DNA of 64,000 nt, taken from the human T2T-CHM13v2.0 reference genome, Homo sapiens. The stretch's first letter is position 1; each line of letters begins with the position of its first letter. The notes beneath the pieces were generated by a model that saw nothing but the letters and a program-made list of their open reading frames with translations, searched no databases and was not told the DNA's origin. Position numbers and translations under genes: made by a program. The DNA lies in assembly GCF_009914755.1 (NCBI RefSeq), contig NC_060935.1; one strand, written 5' to 3'. This document shows positions 58,680 to 64,000 of the stretch, in pieces.

Positions 58680-61059
58680 TTAAAATGCCAAAAGTAATAG
58701 AAGGAGGTGGAACTTCTGGAACAAAGTGCTTACCAAACCCTTTCCCCCAAAAGCAAAAATAAAATGAGATGAAATGTTAAAAAAAAAACCATTTTGGGCC
58801 AAAGTATGAAATGTCTATTCAAGAAAAACTTCTGAACCACATTAAGAACAGTGAAAATCCATGGCATTTTACCCTGGGGCTGCCCTTATCCCAATCCCAA
58901 GCTCTGTAGGGGGCCTGCTACTAGGGCAGGCTAGACCAGGCTAAAAGGACTACTGCAACCAGAGTGGGCTGATTTAATTTGAAACTGAGCATAGAAAATC
59001 CAATGCCCAGAGTCATTGTCAAAAACAATAGTGAGGCAATTTGGGGAACAACAGCAAATAATCCAGGAAGGCCACTAATGCAGCTACTCTGAGGTCATAC
59101 TAGTTGGTGCAGGCAACAGACCTGCAGATAAGCCAGAAATTTTAAAGGGAGGTCTGGGGAACACAACAACCATAGTGGGTCTTGATAAACTTTCATAGGA
59201 TCCCTAGTGGTCTGTAAAGAAGGTCTTCTGTATCTGCTGATCCTGGGTGAATTTAAGGCCTTGGACATAACAAAACTAAAAGTTAGAGCATAACTGTAAA
59301 TTGCCTGAATTTTGAATGCATTCCCCAAACCACATACAGATCCACTGGTAAAGGGTGGAAGCCTTCCTGGCCTGCGTTTAATCAGAACTCCTGATCAAAC
59401 ATTGGATGGCCACTAATCTATGCCAACCCAGGGGTGACCTTTAGGAAGCCAAGTTTAAAAATTAAAATAGTAATTAAAAAAATATGGCCAGAGACATCAG
59501 AAATCACACTGCAAAGGAGACAGACTCTACAGAAGAGTCTAAGCAAGTCACTAAACAAAAAATCCCAGCAACAACAACCTCCTGATGGTGGGGTGGGGGT
59601 GGGGTGGGTGGGTGGAATCCGAATCAAGAATTGCTACAATATATTATCTAAAATATGTAGTTTTCAGCAATACTGACAAAATCATGAAACACGCAAAGAA
59701 ACAATAAAGTATGTCCCATTTGTGGGGGAAAAACAGGTAACAATAAATTTTGTTCTTGCAGGAGTCTAGATATTGGAATCAGCAGATAAATATTTCAAAG
59801 CAGCTATTACAAATGTTAAAAAAAAACTAAAGAAAACCACACTTAAAGAATTAAAGTATGATAATAACTTATCAAATAGAGAATATCAATAAAAAATATA
59901 AAAATTGAAAGAGTCAAATGGAAATCGTATTCTGAAATGAATCATTCAAGAGAGGCTCAGAAGCAAACGTGAGCTGGCAGAAGAAAGAATCACTGAACTT
60001 GAAGACAGAGCAATAGAAGTTATACAATCTGAAAAACAAAAAGAAAACAATGAAGAAAAATAAACTGTGAGAAACTAGCAAGCAAACCAAAATACAAGCA
60101 TGAGAGTCCCAGAAAGAGGAGAGAAAGAAAATTAGGTGGGAAAAATGGGAATACTATGCCATTAAAAAAATAAAACAAAAAACAAAATCATGTTCTCTGC
60201 AGCAACATGGATGCAGCTGGAGGTCATTATCCTAAGCAAATTAACCCAGGAACACAAAACTAAATACCACAGATTCTCACTTATAAGTGGGAGATAAACA
60301 TTGAGTACACATAGACACAATGATGAGAACAATAGACACTAGGACTTACTTGGGCAGGGAGGGTTGAAGGAGGGTGAAAGTCAAAAAAAAGTCAGGTACT
60401 ATGCTCGCTACCTGGGTGATGAAATCATTTGTACACCAAATCCCAGTGACACGCAATTTACCCACGTAACAAATCTGCATATGTTACCCCTAAACCTAAA
60501 ATAAAAGTCAAGGGGGAAGAAAAAGAAATTATACCACAAATTGAAAAAAAAAGAAGATATAATGTCCAAAAACTTCCCAAATTTGATTAAGACAACAACA
60601 ACAACACATATTAAACTACACATCCAAGAAATACAATCAACTTCAAGTTGGATAAACACAAAAAGATCCATAACCGGACACAATATAGTAAAACTTCTAA
60701 AAGTCAAAGAGAAAATTTCAAAAGTGGCAAGAGAAAACAACTTATCTGATAAAAGGGAATAACAATAAGATTAACAGCTGACCGGAGGCCAGAAGACAGG
60801 AGGTTGGTATATTCAATGTGCTGAAAAAACAAACAAAAAACCTGTCAACCAAGAATTCTAAATCCAGCAAAACTATCCTTTGAAACTGAAGTCAAAATAA
60901 ACACATTCCCAGATAAATAATTGAGACAATTCATTGCTAGCAACCTGCCTTTCAAAAAATACTAAAGAAATACTAAATATTTATGACTGAAAGGAAGTGA
61001 TACTAGACAGTAATTCAAGTCCACACACAAAAATAAAGAGCACCAGGAAAGCTGATATG

Positions 61060-61106
<47 letters not shown>

Positions 61107-61770
61107 AACAAGGTATAAATATTTTTCGTGTTAACTGGCTTAAAAGACAATTGCATAAAACAACTATAAAACTGAATTGTTGGCCTTATGATATATAAAG
61201 ATACCATTTACATAAAAACAAGAGTCCAAAGTAAGGAAGTATGGGAATGCTGCCATATTGGAGCAACATTTCTACATTTTACTGAATTACATTAGTTTGC
61301 ATCTGAACTAGACTGAAATAAATGCAATAAGTTATAATAAATTAAGATGCATATTTAATCCCCAAAGCAACCAGTGAGAAAATAAATTTTAAAATGTTAA
61401 ATATCGACAATATCAATAAAAAGGAACAAACTACTGATACATGTCACAACATGAATTAACCTTGAAAATATTATGCTAAGTGGAAGAAGCCAGGGCAAAA
61501 GAACACATATTGCATGATTCCATTTATATGAAATGTTCAGAAAAGACAAATCTGTACAGGCAAACAGTAGATTTTTGATCATCTGGGACTCAGAGCAGGA
61601 ATGGCGATTGACTGCAGATAGAAGCAAGAGATTTCTTTGGTGTGGAAAAAAAGTCTAAAATGATTTTTGGTGGTTACAAAATTCTGTAAATTCACAAAAA
61701 AACACTGTACACTTAAAATGAGTACATTTATCATATCTAAATTATACCTCAATAAAGCTACTAAAAATAC
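58680..61770 (+). mobile_element. Mosaic of old L1: 5'UTR/ORF1-like region, a nested younger L1 3' end (~60145-60530) and an L1M 3' end (~61400-61770)
   Basis: gaagaaagaatcactgaacttgaagacag, aaacttcccaaatttga, gtcaaccaagaattcta, gcagcaacatggatgcagctggagg. Confidence 0.8.
61060..61105. repeat. (TAGA)11 tetranucleotide STR
   Basis: Uninterrupted run; read directly. Confidence 0.95.
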
Positions 61771-62049
61771 AAATTGTTGATTCAATAGTTACAAATTTTT
61801 AATAAGCTAAAAGAGATTAAGTCATTTACTTCAGCACACTCATTTTATATAAACTGATACTTGCTGTGCCAGGCCATGCATAAAGTGTTACAGATTCAGG
61901 GGTAACAAGGCACAATTTCTGTCCCTGGGGTATTTATATGAGGGAAACAGCCTTGGAATTAACAGCAATATAGTACTGTTGTTATACTGAAAGCTAGAAT
62001 TTAAAGAAAAAAACAACTAAAGTGGGGTGATGGGGGAGCAGGTGGGCAG

Positions 62050-62490
62050 TGCTGTGACTGCCACTAGATGGCAACATGCTCAGTTAAAGGATTCTATTTC
62101 CCAACTTTCCCAGGAATAGTTAGGTGTGGCTATCTGATTAGTTTTGCTCATGAGATGTAACCGAAATACTCTGTAGAACTTCTGAGAAGGCTGCTTAAAG
62201 GGAACTCTGTTACCTGGGGAAGGTGCCCTTTCCTCTCCCCTTACTGATTCCTGCTATCTAGAATTAGGACATGATGATTATAGCTCAGCAGGCTTCTTTT
62301 CCATGAAGTGACCTTGAGAATGGAGGTCTTAAACTGAGAAAGGTAGAAACAACCTTGATTTCATGGAACAATCATTTCAGCTCTGCTATACATACCTCTG
62401 TGCTTCTTTTACATGAGAAAATAAAACTATATTTTAAAACCACTATTATTTTTTATTACTGTTATATGTAGCTGAACCTAATCCTATTTA
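62050..62490 (+). mobile_element. Ancient ERVL-type solo LTR
   Basis: ctatttcccaac...taggtgtggctatctgattagttttgctcatgagatgtaa; ttttacatgagaaaataaaactat...gctgaacctaatccta. Confidence 0.6.
62061..62073 (+). promoter_or_regulatory. CTCF core motif candidate CCACTAGATGGCA
   Basis: Matches consensus CCASYAGRKGGCR; GCAGT lies upstream at 62046. Confidence 0.55.
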
Positions 62491-63829
62491 ATTGGGAGGA
62501 TAATACAGGTTTCAAAAAAAATATGTCATTTGATCTATGTTTTAAAGGATGACAGGAATTCTACAGAGAGAGGAGGAAAGGCCATTTGTGAAATTACACC
62601 GTGAGAGGACAAGAAAACATTCAGAAAATATCAAGTAATTTGGGAAGGTTTGAGCACGCAATCTGAGGGAAAACACAGCAGGGATTTTATTCCTGTCCCC
62701 ATTTCTCAACTGAGTCCACTTAGCTCTTAGAAAAGATCTCAGAAAGCCAGACTGTGCATGGCTACAGGTAATTTTATGATCCCACAGCTCTCTACACTTC
62801 TATGTTATAAATACTTCTTGCAACTGTAATTTGCTTGCCCAATTATTTTCTTCTTGCTACATTTTAAGCACCATGAGATCAACAAATTACCTCTTTTATT
62901 TACTCTGAATTCCTGGAAAAGGGCCTGATATTAAAGCAAGGTGCTCAATAAACATTTGTTGACTAGATGAATGAATGGATGGATGGATGAATAAAAACAG
63001 TTTACTGGAATTCAACAGCTTAATTTCCCTTTAGAAAGTATTTCTTCTTACCAAACAACTTTAAGAAAACTCCATTTCAGTGGTTTTTTTCTTAATTCTA
63101 TCAATACGATATATAAGAAAGCCATTTTTATAGTAGCTGTCTGCTTCTTCATATTGCTTGCCAAATATAATCAGACAACACATTAGCTTTCTACATTTTA
63201 TAATACTGTATATAATATTTCATCTCAGAAAATGCTTCAATTTAAAAATGAAATGGAGGAGAACCCTGATTTCTAGGAATCTGCCAGAGAATCTCAATAT
63301 CTGAAAGGCTTCCACAGTTACCAGAAAGATCTTTCATGCAAAAGCTCAACACCCAGCTTTGTGCGTGCCTGTAAATGAGATGCTCATCTGCAAAATGTCA
63401 CATTTCAACCACCAGAGCATTCAGCCCATTAAAATACCTTTAAGAAAATGGCTTTTTAGCTAATCAAAACCACAACAAAATTATCTCTACAGCAAATGCT
63501 TACAAATAATAGAAAATTTCTCTCTCTCTCTTTTTTTTTTTAAGAACAAATTTCAGAGAACACCTGCCTAAAGAACCCAACTATTCATTAAACCACACAA
63601 GTACTCGGACCTTACTATGTGCCAATTCTCTGCCCTTAAAAGAACTCATCTTTTAGTGGGGAAATAGTTGTATTTAAGATTGACTGTAATACAAGGTGCT
63701 GCATTAGAACAAAGTGCTTGAAACAGAGAGAGGATGTCATTTTTCTTGGTAGAAGGGTCAAGAAGAGCTTTCACAGTATAGCACTTTTATAGCTTATGAA
63801 GAGAGTGCAAGAGTTAACAATGACCATTT

Positions 63830-63875
63830 TACAAAACAAACAAACAAACAAACAAACAACAACAACAACAAAAAC
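63830..63875. repeat. (CAAA)n/(CAA)n repeat within a MIR
   Basis: Read directly. Confidence 0.9.
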
Positions 63876-64000
63876 AGAAGTTAAGTGATTTGTTCAAGGT
63901 CCCATAGATAGTGGGATGCCAGAAACTCAAACCTGGGTCTACAGACACCAAGTCCAGTGTTCTTTCTATGATATCATGCTGTTTCACAATCCAGATGTAT

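Noticed and set aside
58680-61400. Active or intact L1
   Set aside because: Heavily diverged, interrupted, with no long ORF1 or ORF2.

Overview
Primate, almost certainly human, genomic DNA. The window lies entirely inside the minus-strand gene FAM168A (TCRP1/KIAA0280). Four coding exons were recovered by hand, all with GT-AG boundaries: 51543-51630 (ATG at 51612), 13828-13908, a 27-nt microexon at 8160-8186, and 3012-3137. Joined, they read [101 protein letters not shown]. The rest is intron packed with about 35 Alu/FAM pieces, old L1, L2 and MIR, MaLR/ERV solo LTRs, DNA-transposon fossils and microsatellites. None of the supplied six-frame ORFs is a standalone gene. I found no new multi-gene system. 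The best leads are a TSD-flanked tailless 5' tRNA-Ala half, a QKI-type element over the microexon branch point, an in-frame intronic read-through with a poly(A) signal after the 81-nt exon, Alu-flanked phase-symmetric exons that could circularise into a stop-free ORF, a double-hairpin scar, and several CTCF-like motifs. Repeat subfamily names are from recognition, not a database search, and boundaries without TSDs are approximate.
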